The notes under the pieces are model-generated. The model did not search any database, was not told the origin of the DNA, and saw only the letters and a list, made by a program, of their open reading frames with translations. DNA of 64,000 nucleotides from a virus. Lineage: Duplodnaviria > Caudoviricetes. The stretch's first letter is position 1. Every line of letters begins with the position of its first letter. Below, in pieces: positions 31,001-39,817 of this stretch. The stretch is taken from IMG/VR virus record IMGVR_UViG_3300025838_000022, positions 32,001 through 96,000 of that record, one strand, 5' to 3'. Both the position numbers and the translations under genes were made by a program.

Positions 31001-31232
31001 ATTGGACCCAAATGTCTACATTTCTGGAGTCAGTGTTGTCCCATACTACAAGCAGAACGCTTATTACGCCGGTCTCGATATCAACTACCTTGGAAATGGT
31101 AAGACAAACGAATGGGAATCGCGTGTCAACGTCGCTAATAAACCATACTTCCAGCTAAACAGCAATTATTACCCGACAAAGTTTGCAATCAACAACATTG
31201 CCAGTACGGTGACACCCTACATCCTGCATTGA
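28008..31232 (+). CDS. Large baseplate or tail protein
   Basis: 1074 aa, beta-rich S/T/N/Y composition, YWKSSPQP motif. Last gene of the virion module. Confidence 0.7.
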   Translation: MSIIPNNTDPLKDYVTPNVNPPLTINGLVFNKIYGYTGVVDALNNTTSSYYNDPTVNTVSTNNGLISLNKNINTYWISNTDFGGNNSAPVVLTYNLVNTIYYNNISFDILNVPCYVELLDNNGNNLPGASTFTIVGGDDIFTRDNWIRLNYDAPTNPYPATVSGTGGTSTFSYPLTGLTSIKVRITRNKQVQTSSAAFGLANVAYSVGLQNFRVKLNVKGLSDIPSAVVSGTQNIITQNGFGFVESYAYTANNQSNIFVNDSTYWKSSPQPTKDSVVFFYAKISDPTPTVVNRLYIDPIYSGCKFNVYYTTQSTSSGTVDPGTFTWTPIQRDFSLRKGIYKIPKISCTYLKFEFTSLVPEAYDLPFDSVNRTINVFPYDVEQYYDNLEQDIANANAVKYSTYGNANLRTQPQNSNQLSASTVFGVSNNTIGSQSNWQSLSQLNTTQLGSFTTTSLSTSSQIFDPSISYKLLDSNGNYNQTSYTQFLQRRFYNTRVHSYASISINQTWHQAYYVGIRFLNFFYEQRYDDLQAIPGQLIAKNATTSGFVSQDVNYVGLNPDDTATTPWFSTIDTFTSFNIAGLTTDWKSFITQGAPLSQDPTILNGPVNGNLSTAQIASMVVGYGTTPQYVGNLGSSSIYSVSGTTSGQTYGIKSIGYNTTNNLLNYYDANFLSTNGNWYGLASTSVTGTSVNWTQTISGATYSGTASGITVSGGSYVAAYNFTLPNVYSPSGTTPWTTQLGSSSLGVVGFASYVPATGINYYFLTNVQSTGTQSVTMYTRFINASTSGVIANTTVTGSTVSLSAASGSTVITATGTNYNSSIPSNTIQVVLSGSAAVPYQVYQAGVFSTPTTQWISPSDRTNMRVSGVARMFLPVTNYGTYRISLYAVNTTGTTVEIAYRVYQGNQLPLNTWFDIEVFSYTTINYTSFYAQVQQTNTAVNEQFYVAMLAPFYHPVRYEYITQSGATNWQPVIYGVNNPNVFISTASGLPASGIQVRMTALDPNVYISGVSVVPYYKQNAYYAGLDINYLGNGKTNEWESRVNVANKPYFQLNSNYYPTKFAINNIASTVTPYILH

Positions 31233-31257
31233 TTTTTAACGAGTTTTGTGCTAGACT
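31229..31257 (+). promoter_or_regulatory. SigA-type promoter, leaderless transcript
   Basis: TTGATT-N17-TAGACT with extended TG. Predicted +1 falls on the GTG at 31264. Confidence 0.6.
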
Positions 31258-31263
31258 TAGCAC

Positions 31264-33126
31264 GTGGCTTCGGACAAAAAAATCTACATACAGAAAAGCA
31301 AGTTGCTCAACGGGGTGTTGAGGTACAGCTCGCTCAATGACGATTTCAAAAAACTATTCCCTCTAGATGGCTACGGAACGCTTAGAAACCGTGACAACAT
31401 CGATCAATTCCACCAGGCTGCTCAGGACAACGGCTATTCGTTAATCTTTGAAGACGACGCTGCTGAGCAAGATTACAACGAACTACGTGAATGTAGCACA
31501 ACCCCATATGAGGTACGTAGCCCGTTCCTGGATGATCACCAGCTTTTCCCATTCCAGCATGTAGGGCTTAATTACGTATGGAAAAGGCTTCACTCAGATA
31601 ACCCACGCGTTTTGGTGCAGTGGGACACTGGTGCCGGTAAGACTTTGCTGAGCTGCTTGACAAGCCAAAAATTATATGATATGAGCGACGTCGATCTCAT
31701 TTTGGTGTTCTGCAAAAAGATCAAGCAGTACGACTGGGAGCAAGAGTTCCGTCGGATGACACACCTTGATGTGACCCGTGTGCCAGAGAAGATGACTCGT
31801 CGCAACCGTCACATGTTCTACAAACAAACCAAGGCCAATGTGCTCGTCCTCAACTACGAGAAGGTTAGGAATGGTAGCCTGACCAGGGTAAAAGGACAGA
31901 GAAAAAAATCTATGTCTTACGACCGCACGGACCTTCTCCAAGTGCTAGAATTAGTTAAAAACAAAAAAGTACTAATCATCATCGATGAAGCACAAAAGAT
32001 CAACAGCGGAGCAAGTCTCCTCGGTGAAGGATTCTTCGAACTAATAAATAAGTCCGAAGGACAGATGATGGCGTTAGCCCTAACAGCTACTCCTTATACC
32101 ACAAGTCCTCTTAACATTCGTAACATCTTCTCAGTGGTTGATCCAAACATCCCAGAAGTAAGTGACATGAAACGTGATGTATTCAAACGTTTCTATGGCA
32201 AAGAGTTTGGTATGTTCAACAACGGTTTTGTCCAGGAACTGTATGTAAAAGAATGGGATAAAGCAAAGCTACCCCTCCTTGGCAAAAAACATGAGAACTG
32301 GACTCATATTGCTATGAAGAGTGACCCGATCATCTCTGCTCAGTTCCCAGAAAGTATCCCAAAGAAGATCGTTTACGAGCTCTCAGAGGTGGACCGTGCA
32401 ATCTACGATTGGGCTGAAGAACAAGCTCGAGAGCGTTACAACCCAGATAATCCTGTAGCTAACTGGGCATATATTGATACCCTCCGTATGGTATGCAACA
32501 CCTCAGCTGGTTTAAGAAACAGCAACGGTAAGTTCGCTAAGGAAATCGTAGACATGTTTGGTGCTGACATCAGTATTGAACACAGTGCAAAGTACCAGCT
32601 CATTGAGAGCAACCTCGAGGCTTATATCGAAGCCGGTGACAAGGTGGTTCTGTTCACTTTCTGGACCAATGGTACCTTGTTCCCATACCTGGAAGCTCTT
32701 CAGAAAAAGTTCCCAGATATCCCAGTGCTACCTATTTGGGGTGTTGGCATGGATAGTGACACCGTTACAAACAACATTAAGACTTTTAACACGGTCAAAG
32801 GACCGGCCATTCTGATCACTAGTGACGTTGGCCAAGAAGGACTAAACCTTTATGCCCCGTATCTATGGAATATTGAAGTACCAAGAACTTACTCGGACTA
32901 CAAGCAAAGGGCTAATAGAATCAACCGAGCAGACTCTAAAAGCAAGGGAATTAGCCACACTTGGATTTATCGAGCGGTGGCTGCTAACACGATTGAAGAG
33001 CGAGCAGATGCCAAAATCTTGCGCCGACGAGACGAAGCAGAAGCAATTCGCGGAGTAGTTGACGAGAACGTCGACATGTATGATACAATTGACCTAACCC
33101 CACGAGGGTTTCTATTTGGAGACTGA
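31264..33126 (+). CDS. SNF2-like superfamily 2 helicase
   Basis: DTGAGKT Walker A, IIDEAQ, LTATP, EGLNL and QRANRINR motifs. Confidence 0.9.
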   Translation: MASDKKIYIQKSKLLNGVLRYSSLNDDFKKLFPLDGYGTLRNRDNIDQFHQAAQDNGYSLIFEDDAAEQDYNELRECSTTPYEVRSPFLDDHQLFPFQHVGLNYVWKRLHSDNPRVLVQWDTGAGKTLLSCLTSQKLYDMSDVDLILVFCKKIKQYDWEQEFRRMTHLDVTRVPEKMTRRNRHMFYKQTKANVLVLNYEKVRNGSLTRVKGQRKKSMSYDRTDLLQVLELVKNKKVLIIIDEAQKINSGASLLGEGFFELINKSEGQMMALALTATPYTTSPLNIRNIFSVVDPNIPEVSDMKRDVFKRFYGKEFGMFNNGFVQELYVKEWDKAKLPLLGKKHENWTHIAMKSDPIISAQFPESIPKKIVYELSEVDRAIYDWAEEQARERYNPDNPVANWAYIDTLRMVCNTSAGLRNSNGKFAKEIVDMFGADISIEHSAKYQLIESNLEAYIEAGDKVVLFTFWTNGTLFPYLEALQKKFPDIPVLPIWGVGMDSDTVTNNIKTFNTVKGPAILITSDVGQEGLNLYAPYLWNIEVPRTYSDYKQRANRINRADSKSKGISHTWIYRAVAANTIEERADAKILRRRDEAEAIRGVVDENVDMYDTIDLTPRGFLFGD

Positions 33127-33133
33127 TACAACT

Positions 33134-33364
33134 ATGAACAAGTATGAACTAATCAAACATGATGTCGAAAAGTTCCTGATCAGCGGTAATATGCACAGCA
33201 CGCTTGTTGGTAAACAGATTACTCTTGGCGGATCAGAACAAAGCACTTTGCAGCAGGCAAAAGAATTTGCTGAATATATTGCTGATTTGATTGAAAAAGC
33301 AGAAAATTACAAAAAAACTTTCAGAACTTCTAGAAAGGGTAATGTAAAACTTAAGGGAAACTAG
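33134..33364 (+). CDS. Hypothetical protein
   Basis: ATG at 33134 with a GGAG SD. Confidence 0.6.
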   Translation: MNKYELIKHDVEKFLISGNMHSTLVGKQITLGGSEQSTLQQAKEFAEYIADLIEKAENYKKTFRTSRKGNVKLKGN

Positions 33365-33475
33365 CTCTAGACAGAGAAGAGAGCTATTGTAAAGCTCCTT
33401 CCTGTAGGGCCTGGTCTTCCTCGGGGGTCGTAGTCGGCGTTCGTCCTTGACTCCCCCCGAGGCCCTACTGGTTTT
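33362..33475 (+). ncRNA. Structured intergenic RNA (leader, terminator or small RNA) upstream of whiB
   Basis: Nested helices GTAGGG/CCCTAC, CCTCGGGGG/CCCCCGAGG and AGTC/GACT, followed by TGGTTTTG. Confidence 0.45.
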
Positions 33476-33486
33476 GTAAAAAAATC

Positions 33487-33924
33487 ATGGCAAATTCCAT
33501 CGACTTAAGCTGGCAACGAGAAGCAGCTTGTAAAAACACCTCATTAGTCAACTATGAGTCGTATTACCCATCCCGTGGCAGAACCTCCGAAGGCAAAGCA
33601 AAAGCTTTGTGCAACACGTGCCCAGTACAAAAAGCTTGCTTAGACCACGCTCTAAAATATGAAGACTATGGCTTCTGGGGTGGTGTAAGTGCTAAGGGCA
33701 GAGAGCGTATGCGTAAGGAATTGGGCATTGAATTGATTGATATTAATTACGAATCAATTATCAAATACGCAAAAGAACGCGAAAAAATTCAAGAAGCTAT
33801 ACAAAATAACAAGATGAAGCGTGGCCCCAAAAGGAAGCCAAAAAACGTTGACAACAGCTTGACATTTGATCCAACAGCTGAATATAATGACATTGATTTA
33901 ACCATTGATGAACTGGAGTATTAA
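33487..33924 (+). CDS. whiB: WhiB-family transcription regulator
   Basis: W..EAAC...AKALCNTCPV..ACL..AL...GFWGG with the four Fe-S Cys. Confidence 0.92.
   Translation: MANSIDLSWQREAACKNTSLVNYESYYPSRGRTSEGKAKALCNTCPVQKACLDHALKYEDYGFWGGVSAKGRERMRKELGIELIDINYESIIKYAKEREKIQEAIQNNKMKRGPKRKPKNVDNSLTFDPTAEYNDIDLTIDELEY
33859..33888 (+). promoter_or_regulatory. Consensus SigA promoter inside the whiB 3' end
   Basis: TTGACA (33859-64), N18, TATAAT (33883-88). Lies 35 nt before the first glycosyltransferase gene. Confidence 0.6.
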
Positions 33925-35210
33925 TGTCTAATAAGATTCGCGTATTGGCTTGGGGTGACTACGCTTGCGGTACTGGTTTTGGTACTGTGATGAAGAACAT
34001 CATGGGAGAGATTCACAAGACCGGCAAGTATGACATCGACGTTGTCGGTGTTAACTACGATGGTGGTCCATATGACACAAAGCTGTGGCCTGGCAGACTG
34101 TGGCCAGCTATCAGTGCTCTTCGCACCCAAGGCCCATACGGTGACGTGTTTGGTAGACAGGTATTCCTAGACCTGCTTGCACAGGGCGACTATGACCTCG
34201 TGTTCGTTGTGCAAGACACCTTTATTGTTTTGCCAATCGTTCCACAGATTCTCGAGCTGCAGCGCAACAAGCCAAACAGCTTTAAGACAATCTACTACTA
34301 CCCATTTGACTGCACACCGCGTGAAGAATGGGTCACCCAGTGTGTTGCCAACTTCGACTATCCGGTTGCTTACACCGAGTATGCAAAGAACGAGAGCCGT
34401 AGCTTTATTGGCGCGTTTGCTGACAATCAACACGTTATTTACCATGGTACGAACACAAAGGACTTCCATCCTTTGACTCCAGAGCAGCGTGAAGAAGCAC
34501 GTAGAAGTATCTTCCCACAGATGCAGGACCGTTTTATCATTACGAACGTGAACCGCAACCAGGGTCGCAAGGATATTTCACGTAGTTTGATGATTCTTAA
34601 AGAGCTTCGCAACCGTGGTTTGGACAAGCCATTCTTGTACATGCATATGCAGGAAACCGACTTCGGTGGCAGTGTCATGCAAATGGCTAGATCAATTGGC
34701 CTGGACCCATCAAAGGACTTCGCCCTTCCAGACCCTAAGCAATTTGGTGCTCACAGTGGATTCCCAATCGAGTTCCTCAACGGTATCTATAACGCAAGTG
34801 ACGCTTACCTCACTACCACCCACGGTGAAGGCTGGGGCCTTAGCATCACAGAGGCAATGGCTGTCAAGCTACCAGTGATTGCACCAGACAACACGTCTGT
34901 ACCAGAAATCCTTGGAGACGACCGTGGCTGGAGAATTCCAAGTGGTCACACACCTTCTCACTGGATCATCAAGGAAAACGACAATGAGCGTATGCGTCCT
35001 TTGATGAGTGTTGAAGATGCTGCTAGTGCAATCGAATACATCATGAACAACCCTGATGATGCTGCTAGACGTGCCGAGAATGCATACCAGTGGATCCAGA
35101 AGACTACCTGGGCTGACGTTTGTAAGCAATGGAAGAACTTGTTCGAGGAAGCAAAGGCTAGCCTCGACAAGAAGCGCAGTTTCTTGAATACGCTTAATCA
35201 AAGCAAGTAA
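33924..35210 (+). CDS. Glycosyltransferase, GT4-like (GT-B fold)
   Basis: TGFG, NRNQGRKD and EGWGLSITEAMA (EX7E) motifs. Confidence 0.9.
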   Translation: MSNKIRVLAWGDYACGTGFGTVMKNIMGEIHKTGKYDIDVVGVNYDGGPYDTKLWPGRLWPAISALRTQGPYGDVFGRQVFLDLLAQGDYDLVFVVQDTFIVLPIVPQILELQRNKPNSFKTIYYYPFDCTPREEWVTQCVANFDYPVAYTEYAKNESRSFIGAFADNQHVIYHGTNTKDFHPLTPEQREEARRSIFPQMQDRFIITNVNRNQGRKDISRSLMILKELRNRGLDKPFLYMHMQETDFGGSVMQMARSIGLDPSKDFALPDPKQFGAHSGFPIEFLNGIYNASDAYLTTTHGEGWGLSITEAMAVKLPVIAPDNTSVPEILGDDRGWRIPSGHTPSHWIIKENDNERMRPLMSVEDAASAIEYIMNNPDDAARRAENAYQWIQKTTWADVCKQWKNLFEEAKASLDKKRSFLNTLNQSK

Positions 35211-35212
35211 AC

Positions 35213-35980
35213 ATGACAGGGTGTTTTAAGATCTTTCACCTTGATTGGATGAAAGAACGACAGCAGCTTTTTGACAATGCCAGAGAGGTGTTGAGCAAAG
35301 AGTATGAAGAGCTGAATAGCCCTAACTTTTATGTAAACTCGCTTGGCGACATCCCAGGTATGCTTGCACAAACACCTGGGCTCAACTTCCACCCAGATGG
35401 TTATTGGGATACAGGTAACCCAGCTATTGGTTGGACTAAGGGTGAGATTCCAATCTTTGTTGCTAACTACGTAGCATGGAAAAACTTCCTAGAAACAGAT
35501 CATGATTTCTTGATCCTGTGTGAAGACGACATTGTATTCCACAGCTACGGTGTGCCGCTGCTAAAGCACTACATGGCCATGCTTCCAGAAGACTGGGACG
35601 TATTCTCCTTCTATTGCCCAACTGGTCAGTACTTTAAGTACCGTGATGAAGAGCACAAAATTGGTGACGGGCCAATCAGTCGTGCTTATCAGGATCACCA
35701 TCTTTTATGCTACGTTGTAAGCCGTAAGGGTGCAGAAAACCTTATTAAAGACGCTGAATCTCACATCATCATGGACCCAATCGACTGGTTTATCTTTTAC
35801 CAGAACGACATCCTGAACGTCTACACTGTTAAGCCAAGAGAAGAGCATGGTGTTATGAGCGTTGAGCTTGACAGCACCGTAGGCCATAGTGTAAGGTGTC
35901 CTCTGCCAGAGCTTGAACCAGACACTAGCCTCCCACTTGTATCACACTGGCAAAGATGGCACGCGAAAAGGGTTAAGTAA
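35213..35980 (+). CDS. Glycosyltransferase, GT25-like
   Basis: GE...AW..F, LILCEDD, YVVSRKGA and PIDWF motifs. Confidence 0.75.
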   Translation: MTGCFKIFHLDWMKERQQLFDNAREVLSKEYEELNSPNFYVNSLGDIPGMLAQTPGLNFHPDGYWDTGNPAIGWTKGEIPIFVANYVAWKNFLETDHDFLILCEDDIVFHSYGVPLLKHYMAMLPEDWDVFSFYCPTGQYFKYRDEEHKIGDGPISRAYQDHHLLCYVVSRKGAENLIKDAESHIIMDPIDWFIFYQNDILNVYTVKPREEHGVMSVELDSTVGHSVRCPLPELEPDTSLPLVSHWQRWHAKRVK

Positions 35981-36852
35981 TGAAGATTGCATACAACGGT
36001 TTTTGGCCACTATTTGATCCAAGTCACAACTGGTTTAACCAAATGTTCCGTGAGTACTTTAAGGGAGAAGACATTGTTTTTAGTGGTGACCCTACCGATG
36101 CTGATATTCTTGTAAACAGCGTGTTCGGCCCAGCTATCACGGATGGTCCAGCTCGGAAGATACTTTACACGGGAGAGTCATTTAAGCACGGCTATACAGA
36201 TGATCAAATTCTATTGGGGTTTGATAGAACCGACGTAGCTAAGCAAAAGTACCGTTTGCCGATCTGGATTGTATTCACTAATTGGTGGCCTGAAACATAC
36301 ACTCCACCATATTATGTTGGTGGGCCAAACTATGTTGTTGACGCTAACAAATTGGTTCTACCACGCACCGAAAAAGAAGTTAATGAGATACTAGGCAGAG
36401 AAAATTTCTGTTGTATCGTTGCGTCTAACCCTGTTGAGAACAGAATCATTGCATATAACCAGCTTTCCGACATTAAACCTGTGGACGGTTATGGCCACAT
36501 CTTTAGGAACCATATTCAAAATCGAAAAGAAGACATTCTAAAACACTACAGCTTTAATATTTGTTTTGAAAATACTATTGTTGATGGCTATGTAACTGAA
36601 AAGCTTTACGAAGCACTGCTCGCTGGTACAATCCCCATTTATTGGGGTGACAAAATGAGCAAAGAAGACTTTAACGAGAAGGCTTTTATTGACTATACTT
36701 CGATGGACTCAATGGATGATCTCGTTGACCACGTAAAAAAGGTTTATGCGTCCAAAGACCTAATGGCAGAATACCTATCACAACCTATTTGCAATGAAGT
36801 ACCAAGCCTCGATGGTCTTTATGAGTTTTTTGATCAAGTTAAGTTAAAATAA
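35980..36852 (+). CDS. GT10 alpha-1,3/4-fucosyltransferase-like protein
   Basis: FNICFENT..DGYVTEKL.EA..AGTIPIYWG signature, plus YTGE and VASNP motifs. Confidence 0.88.
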   Translation: MKIAYNGFWPLFDPSHNWFNQMFREYFKGEDIVFSGDPTDADILVNSVFGPAITDGPARKILYTGESFKHGYTDDQILLGFDRTDVAKQKYRLPIWIVFTNWWPETYTPPYYVGGPNYVVDANKLVLPRTEKEVNEILGRENFCCIVASNPVENRIIAYNQLSDIKPVDGYGHIFRNHIQNRKEDILKHYSFNICFENTIVDGYVTEKLYEALLAGTIPIYWGDKMSKEDFNEKAFIDYTSMDSMDDLVDHVKKVYASKDLMAEYLSQPICNEVPSLDGLYEFFDQVKLK

Positions 36853-36865
36853 TATAAGGTATATA

Positions 36866-37366
36866 ATGGATAGCAAAGTTTTTAAGAAGTATAAATTTGA
36901 TGCAACCGTTTTTTTTGAAACGGGAACGTATCTGGGTAATGCAATTTTGGAAGCCGCTGTAGCAGGGTTTGATGAATTTTATTCTATTGAATTCCACCCA
37001 CCATTTTATGAAGAGACCAAAGAACGTTTTAAGAACAATGATAAAGTGCACCTGTATCAAGGCTCATCAGACAAGGTAATCGCTGAGGTGCTTCCCACTA
37101 TTGAAAAGCGTTGCTTGTTCTGGCTTGATGCTCACGACACATTCCATGTAACAGATGGCAGCTTGCCTACATTTGGTGAGCTTGACATCATCAAAGAACA
37201 CCCTATTAAGAATCACACGATCATCATTGACGACACGCCAGTGTTCTTTGGCGATGGTGTCGAGCTGAACAAGAAACTTCTAGAGATTAATCCTGATTAT
37301 ACAATTGAACGCATTCCAAATGCGACTGTTGAAGATTATATTACTGTCGCTTATATCAAGGAGTAG
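36866..37366 (+). CDS. SAM-dependent methyltransferase-like protein
   Basis: FFETGTYLG, YSIE, GSS, FWLDAH and IIIDD motifs. Confidence 0.65.
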   Translation: MDSKVFKKYKFDATVFFETGTYLGNAILEAAVAGFDEFYSIEFHPPFYEETKERFKNNDKVHLYQGSSDKVIAEVLPTIEKRCLFWLDAHDTFHVTDGSLPTFGELDIIKEHPIKNHTIIIDDTPVFFGDGVELNKKLLEINPDYTIERIPNATVEDYITVAYIKE

Positions 37367-37368
37367 TC

Positions 37369-38196
37369 TTGAAAACCAGTATCGTAGTGACATCAAAAAA
37401 TGATAACTATGGTGGTTATCTAAATCTTCGCGCTGCTTATGCGTTGAATCAAATGCTTAAGGTCTTTGATGAAGTCGTATACGTTGACTGGTGCTCGGAT
37501 GATGACAATAGCTTAATCCACGATGTTAATCTTGATAAAACTGGTCGCCTAAAGCACATCCAGGTTACCAAGAAGGATGTTGCTAATATCAATCCTGATC
37601 TTCTTGAGATACCAATCGTTGAAGTGCTTGGTAGAAATATTGGCGTTAGAAGGTCTAGTGGAGATTGGATTGTGTCAAGCAACATTGACATTCTCCCTGA
37701 TAAACCTAACGTTTCTACACTGAACAAAGACATGATGTACGCAGCGCAACGCAGGAACGTACCACTTGATGTCACATTGAACGCACCAGAAAATTTCTTT
37801 AATTTCCTTCAAGAGAACCGTAACATGTTTGTGCAGGCTCAACGAATTTACGATACACATGCTGGAAGATACGACCCATGGTCTCTTACGGTGTGCTGTG
37901 GAGATTTCCAGCTGGCTCATAAAGATCTATGGCACAAAATGAAGGGCTTTGAAGAGACGCTTCTCTATAGAGATTGCGGTGATAGTAACGTCCTAAAAAA
38001 GGCTACTATTTATGGCAGCGGAGCAGATTTAATCTACTTAGATGTTTTTCACCTTGACCACGATGGTCACTTCTTAAACGTCGGTGGCGTGTCAAAAAAG
38101 AACGATTGGGATGAATCTGTAGGAAACTTTGAGTCTACAACAAATCCTGACACCTGGGGGCTTTCTGATTATCAATTCCATGAGGAGACATTGTGA
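37369..38196 (+). CDS. GT-A fold (GT2-like) glycosyltransferase
   Basis: SKNDNYGG, VDW, RNIGVRR..GDWIVSSNID and GDFQL...KGFEE motifs. Confidence 0.7.
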   Translation: MKTSIVVTSKNDNYGGYLNLRAAYALNQMLKVFDEVVYVDWCSDDDNSLIHDVNLDKTGRLKHIQVTKKDVANINPDLLEIPIVEVLGRNIGVRRSSGDWIVSSNIDILPDKPNVSTLNKDMMYAAQRRNVPLDVTLNAPENFFNFLQENRNMFVQAQRIYDTHAGRYDPWSLTVCCGDFQLAHKDLWHKMKGFEETLLYRDCGDSNVLKKATIYGSGADLIYLDVFHLDHDGHFLNVGGVSKKNDWDESVGNFESTTNPDTWGLSDYQFHEETL

Positions 38197-39098
38197 AAAA
38201 AGTAATTGTAACAACAACTATCAATAGCCCAACGCTAGCTACTAAGAAATTTGCTAAAAAAGAGGGCTGGGAACTTGTAGTCGTTGGTGACACTAAGACT
38301 CCTCACGAAGAATACAAGAACATTAATTGCACGTATTTAAGTCCAAGCGTTCAAGAAGAATTGTATCCGGAGCTGAGTGAAGCCATTGGTTGGAAGACTA
38401 TTCAGCGTAGGAACATTGGGTTCGTATACGCGTATAACATTGGCGCAGATGTAGTAGCCACAGTGGATGACGACAACATTCCTTACGACAGCTGGGGCGA
38501 AGACATCCTCGTCGGCAAAACAATTGAATGTGACCTTTACGAGCCAGTAAACGACGTGTTCGATCCCTTATCAGTTACCAAGGATAATTATGTATGGCAT
38601 AGGGGTTATCCCATTGAATACGTGCCAACAAGACACCGTGTTGAGTACAAGGGTAAAACCCATAGAAAAGTGCTGGTACAGGCAGACCTATGGGACGGTG
38701 ACCCTGACATCGACGCACTGGCAAGATTGTCGCACAAGCCAATTGTAAAATACGATATCACACAGCCATATTGTTCTAACAGAATCTCACCCTTCAATAG
38801 CCAGAATACATTCATCGCCAGGGAAGCACTACCGTACTACTCTGTGTTGCCATTTATTGGTCGAATGGACGATATCTGGGGAGGTTACATCCTACAGCAC
38901 CACTTCCCAGGTTCTGTGGTATACAACAGGGCTTCTGTGTACCAGGATAGAAACGTGCAAGATTTAGTTACCAACCTAGAGAATGAAATCGTTGGCTACC
39001 GAAACACGCTAAGCCTATTAAACGATCTTGAAAACTATAGGAATTACTTGCCAGAAAAATCACTTAATTTCTTGCGCGAGTACGAAAAGCTATTCTAA
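38193..39098 (+). CDS. STELLO/RGP (DUF288/GT75-related) protein
   Basis: VTTTIN, VVVGD.KTP, RNIGF.YA...DDDN, DPDIDA, PFNSQNT and RMDDIW motifs. Confidence 0.75.
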   Translation: MKKVIVTTTINSPTLATKKFAKKEGWELVVVGDTKTPHEEYKNINCTYLSPSVQEELYPELSEAIGWKTIQRRNIGFVYAYNIGADVVATVDDDNIPYDSWGEDILVGKTIECDLYEPVNDVFDPLSVTKDNYVWHRGYPIEYVPTRHRVEYKGKTHRKVLVQADLWDGDPDIDALARLSHKPIVKYDITQPYCSNRISPFNSQNTFIAREALPYYSVLPFIGRMDDIWGGYILQHHFPGSVVYNRASVYQDRNVQDLVTNLENEIVGYRNTLSLLNDLENYRNYLPEKSLNFLREYEKLF

Positions 39099-39817
39099 TG
39101 AACCTGTTGATTCATCAACCATTGGGCCTTGGAGACATCCTGTGGCTGCAACCAATGGTAAATGTATATATTAGCCTTGGTTATGAAGTTTACTTCCCCG
39201 TATCAGACGTATACTATGACATGGTATCTGATTACATTGAGAAGGATCATCTCAACTGGGTAAGGGAATCAGATGAATTCCCAATGAAAAAGTATTATGG
39301 TTCACCATCGCCGGAATTCATTGGGAATGATGTTTACCTGCCAATATCATTCTCAGATAAAATTTTACCCAACTCAGGCATCATGGCGTCTAAGTATTTT
39401 TGGTTAAACATGCCCATTGTAAACTGGCATGATAGCTTTAATATCAATAGAAACTATGAACGAGAAGAGTTGTTGTTAAGAAAATACAATTTGTACGATG
39501 AGTATATTCTTGTCAATAAATCGTTTGCTACAAACCCTATTCATAGAGAAATAAAATTTGTAGAAAAAGCTCCTGTTCATGCGATGAATGTTCAACAGGA
39601 TAAAGATAACGGTTTTCACTTGTTTGACTGGATCGGTGCATTGCAAAGTGCCCAGGAAATTCACACGGTAGAGACCTCTATCTGCTATCTTATTGATAAG
39701 TATTGTACTGAACCAAGCCTTCACATGTATGAGCGTAGGCATGAGGATGGGCAAAGAACTTATTTTAATTCTGTTAACCTAGTTTATAGAAACCCAGGGT
39801 GGATATATGAAAATTGA
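39098..39817 (+). CDS. Putative glycosyltransferase-related protein
   Basis: N-terminal HQPLGLGD and A.EIH.VETS motifs, typical of GT-B-like proteins in glycan clusters. Confidence 0.55.
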   Translation: MNLLIHQPLGLGDILWLQPMVNVYISLGYEVYFPVSDVYYDMVSDYIEKDHLNWVRESDEFPMKKYYGSPSPEFIGNDVYLPISFSDKILPNSGIMASKYFWLNMPIVNWHDSFNINRNYEREELLLRKYNLYDEYILVNKSFATNPIHREIKFVEKAPVHAMNVQQDKDNGFHLFDWIGALQSAQEIHTVETSICYLIDKYCTEPSLHMYERRHEDGQRTYFNSVNLVYRNPGWIYEN

